Below are positions 1 through 8,838 of a stretch of DNA of 29,629 bases, piece by piece (position 1 is the first letter of the stretch; each line of letters begins with the position of its first letter). The position numbers and the translations under genes are program-made. Location of the stretch: positions 1 through 29,629 of the forward strand of contig JBCCQY010000110.1 of assembly GCA_039208735.1 (NCBI GenBank), in the 5' to 3' direction. Source of the stretch: Myxococcota bacterium (lineage in GTDB: Bacteria > Myxococcota_A > UBA796 > GCA-2862545). The notes beneath the pieces are model-generated. The model did not search any database, was not told where the DNA came from, and worked only from the letters and a program-made list of their open reading frames with translations.

Positions 1-34
1 AGTGATTCGAACACTCGACCACTTGCTCCCAAAG
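1..34 (-). repeat. Distal att site: duplicated 3' part of tRNA-Pro (anticodon loop to T-arm), truncated by the window start
   Basis: gtgattcgaacactcgaccacttgctcccaaag (2-34) vs gtgattcgaacacacgaccacctgctcccaaag (10958-10990). Similarity ends just past the anticodon loop, as is typical for tRNA-targeting tyrosine integrases. Confidence 0.88.
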
Positions 35-93
35 GGGGTGCTGCCGGCCACGATCACGGTGGTGGCGTAAGGTTGAAGGCGGGGGATCTCGCA

Positions 94-122
94 GGGGGCG
101 CCGGGGGGCACAAGGGGGCACA
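94..122 (+). repeat. Putative integrase arm-type binding sites (tandem GGGGGCACA, 10-bp period)
   Basis: GGGGGCGCC 94-102, GGGGGCACA 104-112 and GGGGGCACA 114-122, about 60-90 bp inside the att core. The same 9-mer recurs near the other end. Confidence 0.65.
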
Positions 123-306
123 TCCGGCGAGGATGAAGGCAGAGACTACGTTCCGGGTCTACTCGTGTGTCTACCCTGCGGAGTCCGTTTTCGGGTGAGG
201 CGGTTCCGTGCCCTCGCGGACCAGTGACTGGCCTCGACCAGACGGGCCAGTAGGCGCGCTTCGCTTGGTCGCTGGTGACGCGCGGTGCGTGGCCATGTGG
301 TGATGA

Positions 307-2814
307 TCAGACGTCGATCTCAACAGCCACGCCAACCTTGCTCGCGACCTCGCTGTAGAAGTCCACCTCGAGAACCTGACCCTCAACTTCGGCCTCAACG
401 TCGTCTGTCTCGATGGACACGATCAGCGCGTACCTTGCCTTGCGCTCGACTTGACCGAGGTGCTTCCGTTCCCGCCACCACCCGATGACCGGGAATACTG
501 CAATTCTCCCACGGCCTGTCAGTTTTGACGCCGGGCCCTCCCATACGTCCGAATGGACACTCCCACGATCACGGTTGTCCGTCCCAATGACCCACTCAGA
601 GGCGTCCGAGGGGAAGCTCTTACCCTTGTCTCCCTCCGACCGAGCGGCGAGGGAGATTCGCTTCTCGAACGCAGCGTCGGTCTCGTCCGCGGTCTTCACG
701 GCGAAGCGGAGGTTGTGCGATGGGTAACGGTAACGGCTTCCCCATCCGCGATCCCCTGGTCCTGGCTCAACGAAGTAGGACAGGGTGACGCGGAGTCGCA
801 CCGTTGTCGTTCCCAGCGCTTCGAGCGCGGACTCTGGCCATGGGAGGTCGTGAAGTCGGAGCTCATTGCTCTTTGCCGTGCTGCCCTCGAGCTTGAAAGG
901 CTGGATGGTGTCTTCGAGAACCAAGGTCAACGCGTGGCCGGCCGAGTGCAGGGCACGGCGCAGATCTGGTCGGCCATGCCCGAACGTGCGGAGGAGGTCA
1001 TTGACCTTCTGTCGTCGGGTTCCCTCGTTGCAGCGTTCCCGCATCTCGGTCGTCCAACGACAGGAATGAATAAGCAAAGCGCGGACTGTCTCGGGCCAGA
1101 GGCTTGTGTACTCCTGTCGGATGCGGGTAGCATACCTGCCAGCCAGAACTGCGGCTGGGCTCGTTCCGCCTGCGGATGTGAGGAGTGGCCACCCGAGATC
1201 GGGGATGTTCGTGGTCAGGAGCTCGAGCTCTTCGACTCGTTCGGGCTGGCCGGCAGGCGCCGCTGCCATGTTCCCTCCCTCCATCACCATGTCAGGCTTG
1301 TTTGGCCAAGCCCACTCCCACAGCCTCCCGACGGTGGTGTGAGGCGACATGTCGCCGGCCGACGCAATTGGCGACCAGCCTGGCCTCACGGTCTGATCGA
1401 GGTCAACCCGATCGGTGATCGCACCGACACATACCGCGTTCCACGCTTGGGCAGGGTCTTGGACGCCGTCAGTGAGGTTGTCTTCGGGGTACGCGTAGGT
1501 GGGTTGGTGATCGTGGTTCCCAGCGGAGACAAAGACGAGGCGGCCCGGGTCATCGTCAACTCCGGCGCAGATCTGGTCGAGGGCACTGGACCATGCCGTA
1601 GGCCGTCCCTCGTTGCTCCTTACACCCGTGATGGTGACCGTGAACACACGCGTGCGGAACGGAGCTTCGCGCTCGGGGTGAAGGGGTGCTTCGCGAAGGA
1701 TGGCGCCCCGATGCGTCAAGCTGGTGTGCGCGGTGCCGACATCGATAATCTTCACCGACTCCAAAGGGAACGGTAGGTGAAAAGGCTCGCTCGACGCCAG
1801 CGCATCTCCGAGGTGCTCTCCGAAACTCGCTACACCGGCCATCCATGTTCCATGACCCATTCTGTCATCTGGCGTCCAGGTCAGAACCGCGTGGCACTCA
1901 GCACTCGAAATGGAAGGTCGCAAGAGTGGATGGGCCCATGCCACCCCGGAATCGAAAATGCAAAGAGCCACGTCGTCGCGTTCGGGTGGGACCAAGCGGC
2001 CTGCCAATTCGTGTGTCCACTCAGCCTGTTCGGGGATGCGCATCTTGTGGAAGTCGGAGTCGAACTGTGGCGCGGCACGTAGTTCGGCAATGCTGTCCAG
2101 CAAATCCACGGCTCGTTCCACCGCAGCTATGGGGGCACGGGCGACTACAACCTCCCGATCTGGGAACAAGAGCGTGAGCTTACTCACTTGAATGCCGAGG
2201 ATGGCGGCATTTGTCTTGAATCGTTCGACATCTCCGCCGCGAAGCCAGACCTCCCAATCGTAGCTGGCGGTAGGGTCAGCCGGGAAGGCGTAGTATGGGT
2301 CGGTCCAGATGTCCTGGCTCCGAGACGGCCGGAACTGCTCGACGCTCTGGATGGTACTGACCCCCCGTGGCTCACCCGACTTCGAGTTCTTGGTTGGGTC
2401 GAGGTAGTTCTCTACCCTTCTCACCGGCTTGCTCATTCCGCCTTCAGGGATGAACAAGGTGGCCACACCTTTCCCGCCACCTGTAGCTCGCACGGCCAAC
2501 AGCTCGACCTGATTTCTACCACGTCGATCTTCCAGCTTCTCAGGATCGAAATCGCGGTTCAGGTCCACTTCGGCTGTCACAATCGACCCAGACGCCGACA
2601 CCCCAGCCGATGCACGATCACCAGATAGCGTCTCCTCTCGTTTCTCCAACGCGTCAAGTTGCGCAAGGAGATTCCCACCGTGGATTGCTCGGTCACGGCT
2701 CGGGTACGCCGCCGGTGGTGGCGTATCGGGACCACCGGAAGAGACATACACGTACTCGCGCGATGTAGCGGTGCCCCTCGGCTGAAGGTGGGGCTTCCAA
2801 TCGGGGTTCGCCAC
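307..2814 (-). CDS. ietS: S8 family (subtilase) serine peptidase, IetS-like
   Basis: 835 aa. Catalytic motifs FDSGV (Asp), HGTWMAG (His), SAGN (oxyanion Asn) and GTSPAA (Ser). Conserved C-terminal LRVTLSYFVEPGPG/RGSVHSD/PVIGWW. No signal peptide; lies directly downstream of an AAA ATPase. Confidence 0.88.
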   Translation of the reverse strand: MANPDWKPHLQPRGTATSREYVYVSSGGPDTPPPAAYPSRDRAIHGGNLLAQLDALEKREETLSGDRASAGVSASGSIVTAEVDLNRDFDPEKLEDRRGRNQVELLAVRATGGGKGVATLFIPEGGMSKPVRRVENYLDPTKNSKSGEPRGVSTIQSVEQFRPSRSQDIWTDPYYAFPADPTASYDWEVWLRGGDVERFKTNAAILGIQVSKLTLLFPDREVVVARAPIAAVERAVDLLDSIAELRAAPQFDSDFHKMRIPEQAEWTHELAGRLVPPERDDVALCIFDSGVAWAHPLLRPSISSAECHAVLTWTPDDRMGHGTWMAGVASFGEHLGDALASSEPFHLPFPLESVKIIDVGTAHTSLTHRGAILREAPLHPEREAPFRTRVFTVTITGVRSNEGRPTAWSSALDQICAGVDDDPGRLVFVSAGNHDHQPTYAYPEDNLTDGVQDPAQAWNAVCVGAITDRVDLDQTVRPGWSPIASAGDMSPHTTVGRLWEWAWPNKPDMVMEGGNMAAAPAGQPERVEELELLTTNIPDLGWPLLTSAGGTSPAAVLAGRYATRIRQEYTSLWPETVRALLIHSCRWTTEMRERCNEGTRRQKVNDLLRTFGHGRPDLRRALHSAGHALTLVLEDTIQPFKLEGSTAKSNELRLHDLPWPESALEALGTTTVRLRVTLSYFVEPGPGDRGWGSRYRYPSHNLRFAVKTADETDAAFEKRISLAARSEGDKGKSFPSDASEWVIGTDNRDRGSVHSDVWEGPASKLTGRGRIAVFPVIGWWRERKHLGQVERKARYALIVSIETDDVEAEVEGQVLEVDFYSEVASKVGVAVEIDV

Positions 2815-2823
2815 GGCCTGCCT

Positions 2824-3819
2824 CTACGGCTGGGACGTTGTTTCGTAGCCGGACCGCTTCATGCGAATCGCTGCCACAAGGTGAGCGGTATCCAGCTCGA
2901 GGCGGCCTTCCAGGATCATGTCTTTCGCCGCCTCCTCACATGCTCCAAGGATGTCGGCCTGTGCGATCCCGGCAGCTTCACTAGCCGCCTGTGCGAAGTC
3001 CACAGATCCCGTGGGGAAGTTCGCGAGCGAGACTCTCAGCATCTCCAACGTGAGGCCCTCATCCGGGCGCTCGTACCGAAGTACGCTGTCGAATCGGCGA
3101 AACAGGGCCCGGTCGAGCAGTTCGACGTGGTTCGTGGCAGCGACGATCAGGCTGTCTGAATCGTCCTCCTCGATGAACTGGAGAAAGCTGTTGAGTACAC
3201 GGCGGATCTCACCGACGTCGTTCGGTGTTGCGCGCTGTGCTCCGAGCGCATCGAACTCGTCGAAGAGATAGACGCCGCGAGTCTCGATCATGGCATTGAA
3301 TACGAGCCGGAGCTTCGCCGCCGTTTCCCCAAGAAACCTGGTAATCAGAGTGTCGAGACGGACGGCGAGGAGTGGGAGCCGAAGCTCGCTTGCGATGGCA
3401 TTGGCGGTCATCGTCTTTCCGGTACCCGGAGGGCCGACGAGCAGGAGCTTGCGGCGGGGGCGAAGGCCATGCTCACGGAGGTCGTGGGCTCGCCGGTGCT
3501 CATTGAGTAGGCGATCAAGCGACACCCGCAGCGGCTCGGCGAGGACGAGGTCTTGGAGCCGGACCTCTGGGTAGGTGCAGCGGAGTAGCTCGGCGAGGTC
3601 GCCCTTTGGCTGTCCGAAGGGGACGGCCCCAGGAACCCTGCCAATGGCAGTCCTGCGCCTTCTCGCATCATCCACGAGATCGCGTAGCTCGCGGGCCACC
3701 TCGGCGTGCCCTTTGCGGGCCTCGGCCGCTGCGACCTGGAGTACCACACGGAAGAACTGGGCATCGTCCTGGTCGTTGAACGACCGTACGAGGGCCGCAA
3801 TCTGCTTCGCCGTAGCCAT
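2824..3819 (-). CDS. ietA: AAA+ ATPase, IetA-like
   Basis: Walker A GPPGTGKT, Walker B YLFDEFD, sensor ATN and LDRALFRRFD. The N-terminus MATAKQIAALVRS is typical of IetA-type ATPases. ATG 3819 is preferred over TTG 3831; the stop is 9 bp from the S8 gene start. Confidence 0.88.
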   Translation of the reverse strand: MATAKQIAALVRSFNDQDDAQFFRVVLQVAAAEARKGHAEVARELRDLVDDARRRRTAIGRVPGAVPFGQPKGDLAELLRCTYPEVRLQDLVLAEPLRVSLDRLLNEHRRAHDLREHGLRPRRKLLLVGPPGTGKTMTANAIASELRLPLLAVRLDTLITRFLGETAAKLRLVFNAMIETRGVYLFDEFDALGAQRATPNDVGEIRRVLNSFLQFIEEDDSDSLIVAATNHVELLDRALFRRFDSVLRYERPDEGLTLEMLRVSLANFPTGSVDFAQAASEAAGIAQADILGACEEAAKDMILEGRLELDTAHLVAAIRMKRSGYETTSQP

Positions 3820-4145
3820 GGTGTTGCTCAAAGGGGGGTGCGGGCGTCATGTACAGGTGCTTCGATTCGGGGCCAGTTAATCCGACAGCGTCCCGGTGGC
3901 GCGGCCTTGGGAAAATGGCTGGACCAGTTCGGCTTCCACGAGGTGGGGGCGAACGGCCTGGCTTTCCCACCTTGATCGGTTGGAGCTTTGCCGCAGCCTC
4001 CGTGTTGGCTCTGACGAACTTGGGCCGCGTCGCCTCATCGACGGTTGACATGTCGGTGATCCCGCGTGGTTGGTAGAATACTATGTGAGCCAGCGGACAG
4101 TTTTTGGTAGCCAACCCGACCGGACCAGCTGCGGCCGAGCCCTGG

Positions 4146-4370
4146 CTATCGGATGGTCCCACCGTCAACTGCTGTCTTTGTCCCCCCGCCGTGCTGCGTG
4201 AACCGTGGGCGGATGAAGACTTTCTGCGGTCGCAGCGTGTACCGCTGGTCGGTGGCGCGTTGCGACCAGACGAGCGCCTCGCCCGGTTGGAGCGAGGTCA
4301 CTGCACCATCCGGAACATCATCGAGGGCTACGATGGCGCTGCGGAGATGCTTCAGCCACTGTGGCGAGGT
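4146..4370 (-). pseudogene. 3' remnant (~74 codons) of a large HerA/FtsK-like ATP-binding protein gene, resembling the C-terminus of MADS Mad8
   Basis: Reads TSPQWLKHLRSAIVALD...LQPGEALVWSQRATD...RPRFTQHGGGTKTAV with no start codon or RBS of its own; the upstream part of this frame is shadow sequence of the helicase. Family assignment is from memory and not verified. Confidence 0.55.
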
Positions 4371-4927
4371 ACCACTCGGAACGGCACTAGCACGCCGTCG
4401 CGGACGGCATCGTGGCTCGTGTAGGCGTAGACGACCCTGTCCCAGGTCCGGAGCCCCCGATCGTCGGCGCGGAATGGGGTCGCGGTGAAACCCACCGCAA
4501 CGTCGGCGCGGAGCTTGTCGCTCACGAGCCGCGTCGAGGGACCTTCGATGCGGTGCGCTTCGTCGGCGATCCAGCACGCCCACGATGCTCGCTCCTCGAG
4601 GAGCCTGGGCAGGCTCGGAACGCAGGCGACGACAACGTCCTTGTCGACCTCCCACGCGTGCTGGTACGCCCTGCCCACCCGCAGCGGGCCGCAGCTTCGA
4701 GTCACCGTCGCGGCGAGCTGGTCGACGAGCGCCTGCGTCGGCGTGGTGATCAGGATGGGCCCCCGCCTCGCCGCTGCCGCGAGCGCGCCGATCAGTACCG
4801 ACTTGCCCGACCCGGTGCAGGCCTGCACGAGCGGCCGCCGGAGCCCCGCACGCAGCGACCCGATCACCGTCCGGAAGGCATCCTCTTGCCACCGACGAGG
4901 TGCGCGTCCCGCCCAGACGTCAGCCAC
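4352..4927 (-). pseudogene. SF2 DEAD/DEAH-box (ResIII-like) helicase, N-terminal domain only, truncated
   Basis: Q motif (PRRWQEDA), Walker A CTGSGKS, Ia TPTQAL, II DEAH and III TATP. Ends at 191 aa just after the interdomain linker (GVLVPFRVV) with no motifs IV-VI. GTG start overlaps the upstream stop. Confidence 0.8.
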
Positions 4928-7676
4928 AGGCCACCCCCGGCGACGTCGGCAACTCCTCGCTCGCGGCGGGCTCGTGCCAGCTCGTGGCGACGCGCACCTC
5001 CACGGCCTGGTCCGCGGGGACGTCGTAGTGCCGCCGAGACTCGGTGCCTGGCACGACGACCGCCTCGATGGCGTCGCGGAGAGCGAGGTGCATGTGCTGC
5101 CGCAGGCGCGAAGCCGTGGCCTCGACCTCTTCGGCCGGAGACTCGACGATCACCTCGTCGTGCACGACCAGCACCACTCGGTCCGTCGACGACAACAGCA
5201 CTCGTCGCAGCGCATCGGCCTCGGTTGCCTGCCACACGTGCGCCTTGGCCCGCCGGATCTGGCTGGCTCGATCCCCTCCCACCGGAATCGAGCGCGCTCG
5301 CGCCTGCAACCCGGGCCAGACCATCGGGGGCGGATCACGCTCCAGTCCCTCCATGTAGGCGCGGAGTCTCGGGTAGCTTCGCAGCCAGACCTCCCGTCGA
5401 AGCATGAGCATCCGGCCGTCGACGGGGGCGCCGTACTGCTGCGCCACTTCGGCGAAGGTCGTGCCTCCGCCGCCGTTGAGGTAGGCGAGGACGCACACCT
5501 TCGCAGCGCGGCGTCCTCGTTCCGGGTCGAGCTCGGGGAACCAGATCGCGGCAGCGTGGGCGTACAGGTCGCCGGTGGCGAGGTCCCCCATCGCAGCATG
5601 ATCGTCGGACAGCGCAGCGGCGATCTGCACGAACGCGGCTCGCCAGTCGCCGATCACCAGTCGATGCCCCTCTGGCGCGGCGAACCCCGAACGAACCGCG
5701 AAGGCCTTGGTGACGCCCTGGAGGTTCGGCGCCGAGGACTGCAGACGTCCGAGCTCTTGCTGACCCCATCGGCAGCGTACGCGCCCCGTCTGACGGGCCT
5801 GGAGGATCGGGGAGGCGTGGTCGGCTGTTCCATCGAGCAGCCCACGAAGGGCGTCCCTGCGCCGTCCGTCCGCCTCCGACCCGGCGCTTCGGAGCGCCTC
5901 GAGCCCCGCCTCGACCTTGTCCCGGAGCACCTTCGCATCGGCGGGCATGCCTCGCGCCGCCATGGCGACAACTGCGTCGTAGGCAGGGTCTGTAGGTGCG
6001 AGGCTCACCGACTGCGCGGCGATGGCTTCGAGGGACGGAGCAGGGGGCGGCGATGGGGACGCGGGAGGCGATGGAGGGTCCATCGTCGGTCCGTCGACCC
6101 GGACCGGCCGGTAGCGGACGCCCATGTTGGTGGCCTTCTTCTGCAGTTGCCAGGCTCCGTCGAGCAGCGGGCGCGTACGCTGGGACAGGCCGGTCAGCCA
6201 CTTGCCGAGGCTGCTCTGCTGGGCGGCGGCCGTCCTCGACTGGTCGACCAAGCCGGCGAGGTCCCACTTGCCGAAGGTGCGCGCGAGCTCGAGGATGTGC
6301 TGCGGGGACAGCCACGCGGGCTCGCCCATAGCGTCACGCTCCCACACGGTCCTCTCGTAGCCCTGCTCGTCCTCGAACTGACCGGCGAACAGCTCGACGA
6401 GGTCCTGGGTGGCAGCGTCGACGGGCCTCGCTGACGGCGCCAGCCATGCCTCGCCCCACTCGGGCTTCGCGAGGCTCACGGGCCCGCCGACCTGCCGCGA
6501 CCACCACTCGTAGCTGTCGAGCGATCGCGCAGCATCGGGCCGTCCCGCCTTGATCCAGTGGTCCACCAGCCGGAGCAGGGCCGACACCACCCGAGGGCGG
6601 TGGGCCGACACCCACTGCAAGAGGTCGGGCGTTCGGAATCGCCGGTTTGGCCGCTGGCGGAGCCGGATCAGGTTGATGCGTCGCGCCGCCTCGCCATCGG
6701 TGCGGATGCGGATGCCGTTGCCGAGCCACATCGTGTGGGTCGGGTTCCCGCCGTCCATCGTGCTCGAGCCGACGGTGCGGGAGGGCAGGTCACCGCGGGC
6801 CGTCATGATCTGGTTGAACCGCGCCGAGTGGATCGAGGAGCCGGTCGCGATGTTGTCGAAGAAGATGACCGGGGGCAGGGCGGTCTGTTTGAGGATCGAG
6901 CCGAGCGTGTAGCCCTGTTCGGGGCCGTCCTCGAAGGGAACGCTGCCGATCGGCTGTTCGGAGGCGACGCGGCAGAGGAGCTCCGAGACGTAGCTTTTCC
7001 CCGCGTTCTCCTCGGGCGCGACGATCAGGTGGAAGGGGCTCGTCTGCCCTCGCGTGTCGGTCACGATCTGGACGAGGGCGGCCACGAACGCGGTCGCCGA
7101 CGACGCCGAGGCGAAGTCGAAGTCCATGAGCCGGTCCAGGATGTCCCACATCTCGGCATCCGAGACGCGGTCCGGGCTCGCGAGCTCGTCGTGCGACCAC
7201 TGCAGCCAGCAGCCGGACGCCTCGTCGTAGCCGGGCTGGTTCACGAGTCGCCCGTCCTCGTCGAACCAGGGGGCGTACCGAACGTGCTCGAGGCGTGGCC
7301 AGGCCTCCGACAGCCAGACCGCCTTCGCGTCCCTCGCCGGCAGCTCGCGCACCTCGTCGCGCCGGATGCCCTCGATGACACACACCTCGGGCAACAGGGC
7401 CTGGAACTGCTCGGCATCGAAGGGCCGCAGGCTTCCGGTGGCGGGGTCGAGGCGGTGCAGGCCCTTCGTCTGCCGCCACCGCCAGAAGCGGTCGGGCTGC
7501 TTGAGACGGACCGACTCGACCGCCTTGAGCCTCCGTTGGTGGATCAGGAGGCCGCGCTCGATCACGTCTGGCTCTGCGGACCATGACGGGTGGTCCTCGG
7601 CGCGCCACGGAGTTGGCGCGCTGCTTATTGGTGCGTGTTGAGTGGCCCTCGCCGCGCCGACGCTAGAGCTCTGCAC
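4920..7676 (-). CDS. SF3-like replicative helicase fused to a C-terminal family A DNA polymerase domain
   Basis: N-half has Walker A APEENAGKS, Walker B IFFDN, WLGNG, AARR and a probable winged helix (SLGKWL). After a Pro-rich linker come PolA motifs GRLQSSAPNLQ, motif A GDWRAAF, motif B RRAAKVCVLAYLNG and motif C VHDE. Start is uncertain (ORF open to 7745; GTG 7676 chosen). Confidence 0.82.
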   Translation of the reverse strand: MQSSSVGAARATQHAPISSAPTPWRAEDHPSWSAEPDVIERGLLIHQRRLKAVESVRLKQPDRFWRWRQTKGLHRLDPATGSLRPFDAEQFQALLPEVCVIEGIRRDEVRELPARDAKAVWLSEAWPRLEHVRYAPWFDEDGRLVNQPGYDEASGCWLQWSHDELASPDRVSDAEMWDILDRLMDFDFASASSATAFVAALVQIVTDTRGQTSPFHLIVAPEENAGKSYVSELLCRVASEQPIGSVPFEDGPEQGYTLGSILKQTALPPVIFFDNIATGSSIHSARFNQIMTARGDLPSRTVGSSTMDGGNPTHTMWLGNGIRIRTDGEAARRINLIRLRQRPNRRFRTPDLLQWVSAHRPRVVSALLRLVDHWIKAGRPDAARSLDSYEWWSRQVGGPVSLAKPEWGEAWLAPSARPVDAATQDLVELFAGQFEDEQGYERTVWERDAMGEPAWLSPQHILELARTFGKWDLAGLVDQSRTAAAQQSSLGKWLTGLSQRTRPLLDGAWQLQKKATNMGVRYRPVRVDGPTMDPPSPPASPSPPPAPSLEAIAAQSVSLAPTDPAYDAVVAMAARGMPADAKVLRDKVEAGLEALRSAGSEADGRRRDALRGLLDGTADHASPILQARQTGRVRCRWGQQELGRLQSSAPNLQGVTKAFAVRSGFAAPEGHRLVIGDWRAAFVQIAAALSDDHAAMGDLATGDLYAHAAAIWFPELDPERGRRAAKVCVLAYLNGGGGTTFAEVAQQYGAPVDGRMLMLRREVWLRSYPRLRAYMEGLERDPPPMVWPGLQARARSIPVGGDRASQIRRAKAHVWQATEADALRRVLLSSTDRVVLVVHDEVIVESPAEEVEATASRLRQHMHLALRDAIEAVVVPGTESRRHYDVPADQAVEVRVATSWHEPAASEELPTSPGVACG

Positions 7677-7953
7677 AAGGCACCGAGCGCCGCCCTCGAC
7701 GGCGATAGGTCTTCGTCCGCTGCCAGGCGCCTCGCAGACCCTCACTCTCCGCGCCGGTCAGGTCCAGGGCCTCGATCAGGGCATGGAGCTGGATCCAGTC
7801 GGGCGTGCTGAGCTCGTTCTCGTACTCGGAGATCCGCGACTGGTGCACTGCACAGGAGCTGTCGGCCTGCTTCGCCCGTTCCGCCAGCTGGCGCTGCGAC
7901 CAGCACCGTGTATTCCTGAGACGGCGGAGTTCGCGCCCGAATGTCGGGTCCAT
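7663..7953 (-). CDS. Cro-like XRE helix-turn-helix regulator
   Basis: MDPTFGRELRRLRNTRCWSQRQLAE...QSRISEYEN, 96 aa. Strong GGAGG RBS before ATG 7953; first gene of the replication operon. Confidence 0.82.
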   Translation of the reverse strand: MDPTFGRELRRLRNTRCWSQRQLAERAKQADSSCAVHQSRISEYENELSTPDWIQLHALIEALDLTGAESEGLRGAWQRTKTYRRRGRRSVPCAEL

Positions 7954-8017
7954 GGACACCTCCCCATACGACATTCGGATAGTTGATGATGGCTGATGTT
8001 GCAACCGACAATCGGAT
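7935..8017. promoter_or_regulatory. Three operator-like palindromes (consensus ATCCGA-N3-TCGGAT) at the divergent switch
   Basis: GCCCGAATGTCGGGT 7935-7949, ATACGACATTCGGAT 7966-7980 and AACCGACAATCGGAT 8003-8017, at or between the starts of two divergent XRE genes. Confidence 0.6.
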
Positions 8018-8051
8018 TGATGGCACAGATCTGGCTTGGGAACCAGATAAG

Positions 8052-8678
8052 ATGGCGATGCAGATCAAGCGGCTCCGGGAGAGCCGCGAGCTCTCCCAGC
8101 TGGAGCTCGCGTCGGCGATCGGTCGCACTCAGCGCTGGATCTCCGATCGGGAGCGAGGCTCCGCGCGGGTTACCCTCGACGATCTGCACCTCATCGCCGA
8201 GGCGCTGCAGGTCGAGCTGGTGTTGGTGATCGGCGACCATCGGTTCGTCGGCGGCGTCCGCTCTCGGGCGACGACCTACGAGATGCCGCCGCAGTGGGAG
8301 CTACTGCACATGGGAACGAACAAGCAGATCGCCCAGCGTCTGAAGGCCATTCGAGAAGAGCTCGGACTCAGTCAGGGCGACGTGACCGAGCGGCTCGAAC
8401 AGCCCCACACCTGGCTGTCGGTTCGGGAACGGGGAGGGGTGAAGCTGTCGCTCGACGACGTGTCTGAGATCGCAGGAGCCATGGGGCTCCACGCCGAGCT
8501 GGTCATAGCGAGGGACCGCGAGCTCATCGAGCTCCTCTCCACGTCGCCGGCGGCTCACCTCGATCTGGTCGGTACCCTTCTCCGAGTGCTGCCCACGATG
8601 GAGGAACAGTCCCGGAAGATGCTCGTCGGCATGATCGAGGTCGCGGCCGAGCAGATGAGCGAGAAGCCTCGCGCCTGA
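8052..8678 (+). CDS. CI-like repressor with two tandem XRE HTH domains
   Basis: QIKRLRESRELSQLELASAIGRTQRWISDRERG and QRLKAIREELGLSQGDVTERLEQPHTWLSVRERG are homologous HTH repeats. Divergent from the Cro-like gene; start may be 7986, 7989 or 8052. Confidence 0.8.
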   Translation: MAMQIKRLRESRELSQLELASAIGRTQRWISDRERGSARVTLDDLHLIAEALQVELVLVIGDHRFVGGVRSRATTYEMPPQWELLHMGTNKQIAQRLKAIREELGLSQGDVTERLEQPHTWLSVRERGGVKLSLDDVSEIAGAMGLHAELVIARDRELIELLSTSPAAHLDLVGTLLRVLPTMEEQSRKMLVGMIEVAAEQMSEKPRA

Positions 8679-8838
8679 TGGCGCCTCACGCAGTGGTCGA
8701 GGTCCTGTAGGGCGAAGGTGGCGTCCGCACGAACCCGCCACTGCAGCGCCTCGACCGAGGAGCTCGTGATGGCATCGGGTCTACTATACGGACTACGGGC
8801 GGGCTCGCGAGTCTTCGTTCGCACTCTTGTTGCGATGC

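Noticed and set aside
3668..4168. 166-aa ORF upstream of ietA, and TTGACA (4045)/TAGAAT (4074) as a promoter
   Set aside because: The ORF overlaps ietA out of frame and has no motifs; the hexamers are 23 nt apart and on the strand opposite ietAS.
4371..4892. Upstream part of the 248-aa ORF 4146-4892 as a real gene
   Set aside because: Arg/Gly/Ala-rich off-frame translation overlapping the helicase; only the last ~74 codons look protein-like.
4485..6434. 649-aa plus-strand ORF, and similar long ORFs such as 9303-10961, 553-1776 and 14485-15828
   Set aside because: Antisense or off-frame shadows of well-supported genes in high-GC DNA; no motifs.
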